This document shows, in pieces, positions 51,422 to 64,000 of a stretch of DNA of 64,000 nucleotides. Made by a program: the position numbers and the translations under genes. The notes under the pieces are model-generated. The model worked only from the letters and a program-made list of their open reading frames with translations. It searched no databases and was not told the origin of the DNA. Source of the stretch: Octopus sinensis (Eukaryota); contig NC_043001.1 in assembly GCF_006345805.1 (NCBI RefSeq), positions 87,296,001 to 87,360,000 of the forward strand, written 5' to 3'. Every line of letters begins with the position of its first letter. The first letter of the stretch is position 1.

Positions 51422-53977
51422 GTGTGTGTCTGTTTACCCACGACCACCACCACTTGACAACCAGTGTTATGATCCCCTAACTCAGCCATTTGTTCAAAGA
51501 GACTGATTGAATAAGCACCAATCTTAAAAAATAACTACTGGGTCGATTTGTTTGACTAGACCCTTCAAGTTAGTACACAGCTTGGCCACATTTCCAATAA
51601 CTGAAACAAATAAAAGATAAAGGATATACACATATAGAATCTGTTCTTTTGTCTGTCTTACATCTTTTTTATTTAAAAGTCTTGAATGTTGACCTTCTGG
51701 TTAATTCCTTATAAGTCATTTAATTTGAGTGACTGGGTAAGGAGGGCACTGTTCTCAGTTAAACATTAGAAAATTTTAAAATTTCAGTTGGTTACTGTGA
51801 ACTGTGTTAAATGGTAGTGGGGCAGCCTAGACACAATGTTGAGCATCTAGAAATTATCTATAATTCTCATGTGGATGTGTGTAGGTGTGTGTAGACATGT
51901 ATTTACTTACACACACAAACATGCATATATATATATATATATATATAGTAGTACTCTTATCACCACATACTCAGAAATAGACATATCCTGCTTTATAGAT
52001 ATAGTGGTGACAGCGTTGCTGGGATAACACATACACATACACTCTTTCTCTCTATCTCTCTCTCTCACACACACACATACACACGGATATGCACACACAC
52101 ACAAACACGCTGAACATGCACATGATATATGAATATTTGATAGGCACAAATATACGAACATGAGCGGAGACAGATTATATTGTACATAAAGGATATGTTG
52201 CTATTTCAGAACTACACTACAGAAAGATTAATTACTTTTGTATATCTATATACACACACACACATGTATACACACTTGTGCATGTGCACCACATACATTA
52301 CTGTATTGCTTGGCTTAGCTTCATGCTTTTGCTTGATGGGGCTGGGGTCCTTCCAAGTTAGTGGTCCCAGAGGCGTCATCATGCATGGAGCCGACCAGCT
52401 CCATTAGTGCACTCCATTGCTGGCAGTCCCACATCAGTCCCTCTGGCATGGAACTTACAATACTGTATGTAATACATACACACTTCATACACTATATGAC
52501 ACTCAGCGATTATTTGCATACCTTTTAAGTTATCTTGCCAACATGTCACTACCACCAAGGTCATTACCAGTATTACTACTGCCACTACTACTACTGCTGC
52601 TGCTGACACATTAAGACGACATTTCCTGCTAAGAAATAAAGTGGTTGGGATATCACTATATGGTTATCAACTTCCTTCTCAAATAATGCCCTATATTCTT
52701 AAACAAACATAAGATTGTATTAGATAATATTGTTCTAGATACACTTAAGGTTATGGGGTGGTCACTGTTGAAATGTCTTTCATCATTGTTCTGGTTTGAC
52801 TTTGAGCTAAATAACAACACTAACATGCATTACATATAACACATATATTTATATGTGCTACATATCCATAATATCCATATGAGTGAAGGCACATGGCTCA
52901 GTGGTTAGAGCATCAAACTTACGATCGTGAGGTTGTGAGTTCAAATCCTGGACCAGGCTGTGTGTTGTGTTCTTGAGCAAGACACTTTATTTCACGTTGC
53001 TCCAGTTCACTCAGCTGTAGAAATGAGTTGCGGACGTCACAGGTACCAAGCTATATCGGCTTTTGCCTTGCCCTTGGATAACACTGGTGGCATGGAGAAG
53101 GGACGCCTGTATGCATGGATAACTGCTTGTCTTCCATAAACAACCTTGCCCGGACTTGTGCCCTGGAGGGTAACTTTCTAGGTGCAATCATACTGTCAGT
53201 CATGACCGAAGGGGGTCTCAGCAACTTATGTACTTGTAGCATATCCATACACATATAGTAAATACACATGCAAAATGCACATAGACATATACATATGCAA
53301 TACATACACACATACAACACACACATTACACATGCATACACACATACTACACATACAACACATGTACGCATATTCATATACATACGTAACATATCCATAC
53401 ATATAGCACATACATATAATGCACACATACACGTTTAACATGCATATGCATTCAACAAACAAATGCAGCAGGCATACACTCAACACATACATGCAATTTG
53501 CACATGCAACATATGCATGTGCAATATGCACATGTTTCAACAAGAAACAGTTGCAATTAATGAAGTCATTTTACACAAATGCAAACTTGTCCATTTTTAT
53601 TGCACATAGAGGTGCAGGAGTGACTGTGTGGTAAGTAGCTTGCCCAGGTTCAGTCCCACTGTGTGGCATCTTGGGCAAGTGTCTTCTACTATAGCTTCAG
53701 GCTGACCAAAGCCTTGTGAGTGGATTTGGTAGACAGAAACTGGAAGAAGCCCGTCATATATGTATATATACATACATATATATATTTCTGCATGCATATT
53801 TTTTTTCTCTCCTTCTTTCTGTGTTTTTTCTCTGTGTATCTTTCTGTTGAAGAGTGTAGGCTCGAAACGTTAAAGACTTGTTTTATTTATATTTCCTGAG
53901 CGCCATACTAATACAATTGTTTGTTTATTTCCGTAAACCTGCCTTCGTCTTTTGTCTATTTTCATAAAGCTTCCCGG

Positions 53978-54129
<152 letters not shown>

Positions 54130-56475
54130 GTGTGTGTGTATGTGTGTCTGTTTGTCCCCTCAGCATTGCTTGACAACCGATGCTGGTGTGTTTACGTCCC
54201 TGTAATTTAGTGGTTCAGCAAAAGAGACCAATAGAATAAGTACTAGGCTTACAAAGAATAAGCTCTTGTGTCAATTTGCTTGACTATAAAGGCGGTGCTC
54301 CAGCATGGTCACAGTCAAATGACTGAAACAAGTAAAAGAGTAAAGAGTATACATGACTACCTGCCTCCAACCAAACTATACCATAATGTACCTGGACCAA
54401 ATGCAGCAATAATGATTTCAAAGTATCAGCCTATACATACCTTAAAGATTTTGTCTATCAGTTGCTTTCCAGATCCTGGTTGAGTGATGGATCTGTGAGT
54501 TCATCTTCAATAACTAGATTGAAATTGGACTTTTCTTGTTCACATGCTTATTGAAACTAGTTTTCAGCATGCCACTGGAATAATTATCAATGGAAACTCC
54601 ATCAGTAGACCCAGAGCTTGCTTGGGCCAGATTCTTCAGCAAGCTAACACTGCAGATGTCATCAATGGACTCTCTTCAGTGAAACTAGAGTTTGATCAAT
54701 TTCTAGGGTACCCAGTCTTCCAGAAGGGCTATGTTTTAAGTTAAGACAGTGTTAATTTGACCAACTGAGTATCTAATATGAACAAAGGAATATGTAGCAC
54801 CCATCAAGTTAACATAATCTTTGGCTCATATTTATTTCTATGATGAAACCAACTCATTTAATCTACTCCTCTCCAGATTTAGAATGCCACGCAGCTAAAG
54901 ACTGCCCTATTGATGAGCAACATTAAACTGCTCATGTCGATCTTTCTAACACATATGGGCATTACTCTCTACTTTAGAGTAACCTATTTTTGAGGTGCAG
55001 GAGTGGCGTGTTCGTTACCTGCATTGCTTTACTGGCACGTGAAAAACATTCGAGTGAGGTTGTTGCCAGTGCCACTGGACTGGCTCCTGTGCAGGTAGCA
55101 CATAAAAAACACCATTTGAGCATGGCCGTTGCCAGTACCGCCTGACTGGCCCTCGTGCCAGTTGCACGTAAAAGCACCCACTACACTCACAGAGAGGTTG
55201 GCGTTAGGAAGGGCATCCAGCTGTAGAAACTCTGTCAGATCAGATTGGAGCCTGGTGCAGCCATCTGGTTCGCCAGTCCTCAGTCAAATTGTCCAACCCA
55301 TGCTAGCATGGAAAGCGGACATTAAACGATGATAATGATGATGATGATGATGATGATGTTGGAGGAAAACTATTTTTTTTTCTTTCCTGAGTTCATCCAT
55401 GTCACTGCTGACCATAGTTTAGGATATTCACCTCAACCATGACATCAAAGTTGTTGGCAAATGTGTGTGTGTGTGTGTATTGCATGCCATGTGGTTAGCA
55501 AGTTTGTAATGTTTTAAGTTTGGCAGTTGATTAATATGTAACACTTAATATTGACCTCTTTTATACTTCATATTATACTGGGCCCTAGGTAACATATTCT
55601 AGAGGTAATGGGAAAGAGAGTGGGTGAGATTCTAATCAATCACTCTTTTGTACTTAACCTGGTACTTATTTTATTGATGTTTCCAAGATACAAGGTTGTT
55701 ATCTCTGGAACTAAATACATAAAGACATTTTGTTGGACACTCTGCTGATCCTACTATCCACCACTACTGTAATATTTCTCTCTAATCAATAAAGAGAGCT
55801 GTACATGTTTGTTTGGCTTGCTAGAAATAACAGTCAAATCTCCCTCAAATGACAAGCCCCCACAATCTTAGAAAAGGATTCCTTTTATAATGTAACTCTG
55901 GGACGTTGTCTACGTATACAAAAAAAAGCAATGACAACAGCTGGCATGGCTTTAATCATAACTCTGCTCTGTGGTTAAACAGCACCAGCTCTTCCTCAAG
56001 TCAGTGGGATGATCCTCTACAAGGTCATTTGACCTACTTAAAGCAGGAACCAAATCCCCCTTGAATCACATCCTATTTTCGTAAAAAGAAAGCACATATA
56101 AAAACTGGATGTTCATGGCTGAAATGTCTTTGATCTACTTGATCAAAGTCAGCCTGGGGCTATACAACAGGAACACCACTTCTTTAAGTTTGCCATGTAG
56201 TCATGCTACCAATTACATCAGAAGGTTTCTTCTAAGAGATGGCATACACCTCTATGCCATCACTTGACCTGTTAGAAATAGTAACCAAATGTTCTTTGTA
56301 TCATGTTATTTAAGGTTAAGACCTACTGTAACATGTAGTTTTACATATGCCATACCTTACAAAAAGAAAGGGTGGTCATTGTTTGAATGTCTCTAATCAC
56401 TAGTCTACTCAATCAGGATTAACCCAGGACATCATCACTTCTTTCTATCACACATACACACACGCGCGCATGCAG

Positions 56476-57547
56476 TTAACCCTTTTGATCTGAGGCTTTA
56501 TATAGCTATGGTGCAACCTCATGTGGAATTTGCATCACCGGTCTGGAACCCCTATCTTGCCCAGGATATTAATCGTCTGGAAACCGTTCAGCGATGTGCA
56601 ACCAAGAGAATACACTCCATCAGGTATTTGCCATATTCTGAATGCCTTACTTCCCTGGGTATGGATACATTGAAACTCCAATGTCTGGCAGCTGACTTGG
56701 CAGACACCCATAAAATTATTAACCATCTTACCAACAATAACTCTGAGCACCTTTTCAAACTCCACCTGTCTAACACCCGTGGACATGTTTACAAAATCAG
56801 AAAACAGCACAGCTCCCATGACTTTCGGAAACATTTTTTCATGCTAAGAGTTGCTGAAGCATGGAACAAATTGCCGGCATCAGTTGTTAGTTGTAGGAGC
56901 ACTGCATCTTTCAAAACTTCCATGCTTCCTGAGATTCGCCAACACTACACCTGATTTTCTCCCCTCCATACACACGCAAGCATATATCTGACTCATACAC
57001 TGTTCACTTCCCAGACATTTGTACATTACCGCATATGCTTTATATGCACTTTTGACAAGTTGTGGTGCACCTGAGCACTGTATACAATAATTTCATTATT
57101 ATTTTTATTATAAACAATCAACCAAAGACTGACCGCTGGTTATATGACAGAAATTTCTTATTTTAAAGTGATCTAAATTAAAACTTTCCAGCAAAATTTC
57201 CTGTTAATTTATATTCCAAACACCAGCTTAACAACAACAAAGTTCTTTTACTAAATTCATTATTGTTTTTTAAACTTGATTGAAACAAAGACAGTATATT
57301 TCGACAGAAATATAGTAACAAAAGGATTAACCCTTTCGTTACTGTATTTATTTTGTGATGCTCTGTGTTTCTTTCAATTACTTTAAATATATATAGGCGC
57401 AGGAGTGGCTGTGTGGTAAGTAGCTTGCTTACCAACCACATGGTTCCGGGTTCACTCCCACTGCGTGGCACCTTGGGCAAGTGTCTTCTACTATAGCCTC
57501 AGGCCAACCAATGCCTTGTGAGTGGAAACTGAAAGAAGCCTGTTGTA

Positions 57548-57591
<44 letters not shown>

Positions 57592-57973
57592 TATATGTGT
57601 TTGTGTGTGTGTTTGTCCCCTCAAAATTGCTTGACAACTGATGCTGGTGTGTTTATGTCCTCGCAACTTAGCGGTTCAGCAAAAGAGACTGATAGAATAA
57701 GTACTAGGCTTACAAAGAATAAGTCCTAGCGTCGATTTGCTCGACTAAAAGCGGTGCTCCAGCATGGCCACAGTCAAATGACTGAAACAAGTAAAAGAGT
57801 AAAGTGTATAACGAAGAATAGCGTAAAATAACTTAGTTATCATTCAGTGAGTGTTAGAAACATAAATTGTGACTAAGGTTTGCTGGAAGATTTTAATTCC
57901 AAACTTATGAAAACAAGACATTTGTACTCACAGCCAGAGCCCGTTTCAGCCGCCTTGGTAACGAAAGAGTTAA
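56476..57973. mobile_element. Two adjacent piggyBac-like MITEs sharing a TTAA (57327-57330), one with a nested CR1 and one with a nested SINE A
   Basis: Ends ttaacccttttga (56476), aaaggattaaccctttcg (57327) and cgaaagagttaa (57973); a related copy at 59526-59833. Confidence 0.65.
56490..57110 (+). mobile_element. 5'-truncated CR1-clade LINE (ORF 56508-56954, RT C-terminus), inserted in a TTAA MITE
   Basis: VQPHVEFASPVWNPYLAQDINRLETVQRCATK..TRGHVYKI..FFMLRVAEAWNKLPASVV..SFK; 3' UTR ending in an (ATT)n-like tail. Confidence 0.92.
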
Positions 57974-58267
57974 AATAGCATTAGCCACTGAAAATGCATA
58001 TGACTTGCCCTTACATACACAGTGCTTATATATTTGTGTATATAATTTGTAATGCATGCCATGATGCTACAACAATCTACTGTCGGACAATGATGGTGTA
58101 GTTGTGTAGTTAAGAATTTCACTTCCCAACATATAATTTCATGTTCACTCCCACTGCTTGGCATCTTGGGTATGTGTCTTCTGTTATTTGCCCCAGCTTG
58201 GCCAACACCTTGTGAGTGAAACTAGTAGATGAGAATTGAAAGAAGTCTATCATGTGTTTGTGTTTAT

Positions 58268-59045
58268 TCTTTTACTCTTTTACTTGTTTCAGTCATTTGA
58301 CTGTGGCCATGCTGGAGCACCGCCTTTAGTCGAGCAAATCGACCCCGGGACTTATTCTTTGTAAGCCCAGTACTTATTCTATCGGTCTCTTTTGCCGAAC
58401 CGCTAAGCGACGGGGACGTAAACACACCAGCATCGGTTGTCAAGCAATGCTAGGGGGACAAACACAGACACACAAACACATACACACACATACATATATG
58501 TATATACATATATACGACAGGCTTCTTTCAGTTTCCATCTACCAAATCCACTCACAAGGCATTGGTCGGCCCGGGGCTATAGCAGAAGACACTTGCTCAA
58601 GATGCCACGCAGTAGGACTGAACCCGGAACCATGTGGTTGGTTAGCAAGCTACTTACCACACAGCCACTCCTGCCATTTGACTGTGGCCATGCTGGAGCA
58701 CTGCCTTTAGTTGAGCAAATCGACCCCAGGACTTATTCTTTGTAAGCCTAGTACTTCTTCTATCAGTCTCTTTTGCTGAACTACTAAGTTACGGGGACTT
58801 AAGCACACCACCATCGGTTATCAAACGATGGTGGGGCGACAAACACAGACACACAAACATATACACACACATACATATATATATATATTGACGGGCTTCT
58901 TTGAGTTTCCATCTACCAAATCCACTCACAAAGCTTTGGTCGAGGCTATAGTAGAAGACACTTGCTCAAGGTGCCACGCAGTGGGACTGAACCCGGAACC
59001 ATGTGGTTGGTTAGCAAGCTACTTACCACACAGCCACTCCTGCGC
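58268..59045 (-). mobile_element. Tandem dimer of SINE family A
   Basis: First copy 58268-58672 joins the second at ...ctcctg|ccatttgactgtggcc. Confidence 0.85.
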
Positions 59046-60538
59046 CTTTGTTTACATTTGCACATCTTCAATTACTGCAAGCTACAAGCAGTAATGTCAT
59101 TTCTCCTGTCAACAACATATCCACTCACTGCACACCTTCTTAGATATGTGAAATAAAAGATCCCTTGCTTGAAAAACAGGGACGGGTTAGCAATAAGAAG
59201 GACACTCAGCTGTTATGCTTCAATGAAAGATTTGTGGAATCCATGCTATCAGGGAAAATGAAATGTAAAAAGTAAACATGGGAAATTCACATAGCATTTA
59301 CAGACTCTCCCATGATTTCATGTATTTGTTAAGTTTGAACATCTATAAGTCAGTGTTTGCTGGGGAGTGGGGAGAGAACCTGAGTGGAAAAAGAATTATT
59401 AATATGTTTCGGGGTTTTTTTTTTAAATCTTTTTTAAATTTACCTTTTTTCCAGAAAGGAAACATATTTCCAATTTTCTGGGCATTGACAATTTTCCCCT
59501 GCCAAACTAACATTAGTAATATGCTTTAACCCTTTCATTACCGACCCAGCTGAAACCGGTTCTGGCTCTTTAGTACAAATGTCTGGTTTTCAAAAGTTCT
59601 CAATTAAAATCTTCCATGGTATCAAACACAACAAATACCTTGTGGTAATTGTTTTGGTTCTTTACATTTTGAGTTCAAATTTTACCAAAGTCAGCTTTGT
59701 CTTTTGTCACAATTTATGTTCCTAAAACTAGCTTAATGATAACAATGTTATTTCACTAAATTCTTTGTTATATTTAAAATAATTGGAAGAAACACAGAGC
59801 ACCTGAAAATAAATATAGTAACAAAAGGGTTAAGGCTCTCTAATATATATTCACATTTGTTTCAGAAACCAATTTGTTTGATTCATTAGTTGTAGCTAGA
59901 GATCTAACAGAAATCAATAAACACCACTCAGTAAACTGGCTAGTATATAATTCATAGCTATCAGCTAAACTACTGAATGAATAAGTTTCATTTGAGTCAA
60001 ATAAAGGAGTCTCTTTGTAGTTATTCAATGTATTAGAAATAACTGCCAAATCTCCTGTAGCTGTCTCCTTACAGATGCTCTAACTTAACATTGGTACTGA
60101 CAATGTTATATATATATCTTATAGTCTAGATAATCTGCAATGGTCATGGGCACTGCTTTTTGTTACTAAACCACTAAAAAATACCAATACCATTTATAAC
60201 AGGCTTCTTCACAGTCATCCACCTGCTAGATGTACCAAGGAAATATCTATTAAATCACTACCTACTACTTTAAAAAAGGAAGGATACATTAGATTTGTGT
60301 GAGTAAAAGACCAAATGGGTGTGATAGAAGTGTTTTTGACTAGATGTCTACTAGATGAAGGCTAATTTGGGACTAAATAGGCACCCACCATAGAGTACAC
60401 GCTACCATCACTCTCACTACCACTTCAGTCACATCCTCTGGGCAATGATTCCTTAGCTATTGATAGATTACTGACATGTCTTCAATAACTGTCTAATTCT
60501 TGGGTGTCCTTTACTACCAATTGTGTAGCAACTAGGTC

Positions 60539-62996
60539 TTATACTTTACATAGGCATGAGGTTTTAACACCAGCTTTATATGAAAGAGAAGGTGTAGTTA
60601 ATTATATTGATTTTAGTATTTGACAGAATTCTTTCATTTTAACAGCACCACAAAAAGACAAAAGACAAAGCTGACTTTGTTAAAATTTCAACTCAAAATG
60701 TAAAGAACCAAACCAATTACCACAAGGTATTTGTTGTGTTTGATACCATGGCTGAGACATTTGAGCTGAAGTTTCATTTTTAAAAGTCTTTATATAATGA
60801 AAATTAAATGAAAAAAACAGATTTATAGATACTTGAATAAAACATTTCATGTGAAAAGTATTTTATCACATGAAAGTGAATTTGTTTTGTAGCTGAATAT
60901 ATAATTGTTATAAAAGTTTTGTATTTAATTTCTAAAACCACTGCTGCCACCACCACCACCACCACATTCCTGCACTCTATATTTAGCATGTCAAGGCTAT
61001 CACTGATTAACTGCATTTTAGATAATGTGAGTGACAATGGAGTGTCTGGGGTAGTATCTTCTGTACAGAAACAACACAACTAAAAAACCATCATAGTCAT
61101 TATGGTAAACCTTCATTGAATCTTCGATCTCTCATGGTGACTTCAAATATATAACATTCTTAAAAGTGTAACTCAATGATTTGGTCTCCTCATTGAAGCC
61201 AGAAAATACTTCAGATTAAACTATAACAGACATTGATCATAACTGCAATATATTACAATCAATGTCTTACTTTGTCACAAAATGAATAAACCTTATCGTA
61301 GCATCATCGAACCACCACCAACTCATAACAGGTTCAACCAATATCCTGCCTCTTCAGTATTTTCCTTTCAAACAAAACAGATATTATTGCTAGAAGTTGG
61401 CAACCAATCTTTGCTCAAGACATACAGTCAACCCTTGGGATAAATACTAATTGTTTAATATGTATAATGGAAGGCAAGGTTTACGATATCGGGAGAATTT
61501 GCCTTCTTCCATTATATCTTGTTCTTCATGTAGTTCAGGCTCCGGCAGGTGAAGAAAGAGGTCTTTAAGTACAAATGCAACTTACAACTGGTTTATTTAC
61601 AAGTTTCAGGATAGGTGAAGTGTGTTGCTCTCAGCAACCATCTCAAGCTGTGTGCGTTGTGTTGTATCTCCGTTAGTGCAGACACATTGCCTCTGGAGCT
61701 ACAACATGCAGACAGGCCCAGCCAGTGAAATGTGCTCAGCAAGTCCTAGTGTGAAGAAGCAGAGAGAATGAATTTGTTTCTGTTTAGCACTTATATACAA
61801 TTTGCCATCGCGAGCCTCGTTGTGACCTCACACATGGCAAATGGATGCAGGTGAGGTCTCGCTCCAGTCTCAGAGATGGCAATGGCTGCTGCGAGATCTC
61901 ATCCAATATGGCGCTGACTGCTTGTGCCACTACATATGCAACACAATGGCAACTCTGATTAACTTTACACTGTCATTGTTTTATCATCATCAATATTTTA
62001 ACATCCTCTTCTCCATTCTTGCATGAATCAGCTGGAATTTGTTTGATTGTTTTCAATTATGATCATGTGATCATGGTTCTGATTTTCAGACAAGGCAATG
62101 GGTTGTGTTTTTAAGAATGGAGTAAAAGGTTTGTGAGCACCCATTTTGATTTGTTTATTAGTAGATCAATATCGTCACTCTATAATAGTGGGAGTAAGTA
62201 CAACCATAATAAAGCTGGCATTGAATACATACCCAAACTTTAACAGACAGAGATAGTTAAAAAAAAAAATAGACTATCACAGACACTGCTATAAATGTAA
62301 TCAGTTACACTCTGAAGAGCATTAAAAAAAAATAGTGATGTAAATGAAAATTTAAGCAATTACAAAAGCATCACCCACAACTTCTCTTTTGATAGTATCA
62401 TGAACCAAAAAGAGATATTGGACATGGGCTAACTTGAAGCAATAGGAAAAGTGTGAAAGAGGTATGTCATGAAAAGAGGGTCTTCTTGCCCAAGGAATTT
62501 ATCCAAGAAAGAACAAGGAAAAGATAATGAACATGAAAGCGACTTGTAGTAATGTAGCTGAAAGGAATTTGGAAGGGCCCCTAGATATTGATGAATCTTG
62601 AAAACTAGAGTGCTATCCCAGAGTTGTATTTTATCAATAGAGTAGAAAAATCAGTAAGACTTTCATGTGATAAAATACTTTTCACATGAAAAGATTCAAG
62701 TATCTATAAATCTTTTTCTTTTATTTAATTTTTATCATGTAAAGACTTTAAAAAATGAAACTTCAGCTCAAATGTCTCAGCCATGGTATCAAACACAACA
62801 AATACCTTGTGGTAATTGTTTTGGTTCTTTACATTTTGAGTTGAAATTTTAACAAAGTCAGCTTTGTCTTTTGTCTTTTTGTGGTGCTGTTAAAATGAAA
62901 GAATTCTGTCAAATACTAAAATCAATATAATTAACTACACCTTCTTCTCTTTTATATAAAGCTGGTGTTAAAGCCTTGTGCCTATGTAAAGTATAA
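60539..62996. repeat. ~340-bp inverted duplication (60539-60877 / 62659-62996) around a ~1.8-kb spacer
   Basis: tatactttacataggc...tcacatgaaagt is mirrored by actttcatgtga...gcctatgtaaagtataa with few differences; partial third copy at 59612-59705. Confidence 0.85.
61461..61943 (-). mobile_element. Possible solo LTR
   Basis: TG...CA ends; on the minus strand a TATA-like gtatataag precedes aataaa; GC-richer than flanks. No TSD found. Confidence 0.35.
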
Positions 62997-64000
62997 TTAT
63001 TAGCATTATAATTTACCTGCCTCTTAAACTTACTGTACATATTTACAATATTTATATACAAACTAGGCTTTGACCACTTCGATCCTCTATCACCATCAGG
63101 TATCTTGCTCTTTGACGAGAAAATTATCCCATTCTGGAGACAATTTAGGAATCTATATTTTGTAATAAGTGTCCTTATTAACTAACCCAGTCAACTGCTA
63201 ACATTAACTTAAAAAAAGCAAAAGTTCTTAGTTTGATTTTAATTTGAGACCATGTATATATAAGACACTGATGACAACTGGGAAATCAAACTGATCAAAC
63301 CCAAATATAAATGTAAATATTGTAAATATGCAGTGAAAAGAAGGATTATCCTAAAGCATTTTTTCAATGGAAGTAGGTCTTTCTTGGTGTTAACCACATG
63401 CATAAAATTGCTAAAACTGCACCCTAGAGACTAGGCCTCTCTTCTTCAGGACCCAAAAATATTTAAGCACCAATGAGTTGCTACCCCTCTCACAGAGCTT
63501 AAGACTCGCATCGGAATACTGTTCACATTTACAGATCAAAACTACTGACTCTCTCTCTCTCTCTCTCTTTCTCTTTCTTGCTTGCAAAGGCCATGATATA
63601 TCCCTTCCTACTGACTAAACCATATTTTGGGAAGAGCATGATAACTACTATACATTGAACAGACAGCCAAATAACACCAATTATATTGTATACACCAGAA
63701 ACCAGCAGCAATTTGTTATAGCATTTCTCTGCTTCAGTTTGAACTCAAGCTAGTTGTTTTCCAATTAGGAAAGTTTTTGTAAATGGAAACAGGGTCTTTG
63801 AACTTGAGCAATGGACAAACTAACCACTGACACTCAACAATTACACCAACTTCATAGACTGACATCAGCAAAAATATTGATGAATCAAAAAGTTGCTGGT
63901 CACAATTAGTCACACTTTGATTTAGGGTAGCTTACAAAATATAAACAGTCGCAGACAGGCAATGTCAAGTGACAGACTGGAGCAAATGACTGTCTCACAC

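Noticed and set aside
54420-54745. Unique-looking sequence with a 66-aa ORF and a minus-strand gtatgt donor
   Set aside because: No consistent acceptor, frame and donor combination, and no recognisable homology.
60804-61060. Good minus-strand acceptor followed by an open frame (EDTTPDTPLSLTLSKMQL...)
   Set aside because: No donor; the frame runs into a (GTG)n tract and the inverted-duplication arm.

Overview
AT-rich, microsatellite-dense metazoan DNA. The SINE and repeat repertoire strongly suggests a coleoid cephalopod, probably Octopus (inference). No complete protein-coding gene can be assembled, and nearly all ORF-track entries are repeat artefacts. The window is dominated by three SINE or SINE-like families plus a fourth non-autonomous RTE-tailed family. 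It also holds decayed DNA transposons (Tigger/pogo, mariner, maT/Tc1-like, piggyBac-like MITEs, Helentron-like), LINE fragments (CR1, RTE) and Penelope-like element (PLE) remnants. The most interesting signals are: (1) several type I hammerhead-ribozyme-like motifs, the best at 27673-27713 with a compensatory U3-A8 core at the apex of a long hairpin; (2) a 1.3-kb near-perfect palindrome with an asymmetric 328-bp tandem unit; (3) a triplicated minus-strand 192-nt exon-like module with one intact copy; (4) a SINE trimer inside a single 15-bp TSD; (5) an inverted pair of CCAAT+octamer elements differing by a 13-bp micro-inversion; (6) a 340-bp inverted duplication near the 3' end. A few isolated exon candidates are given at low confidence.
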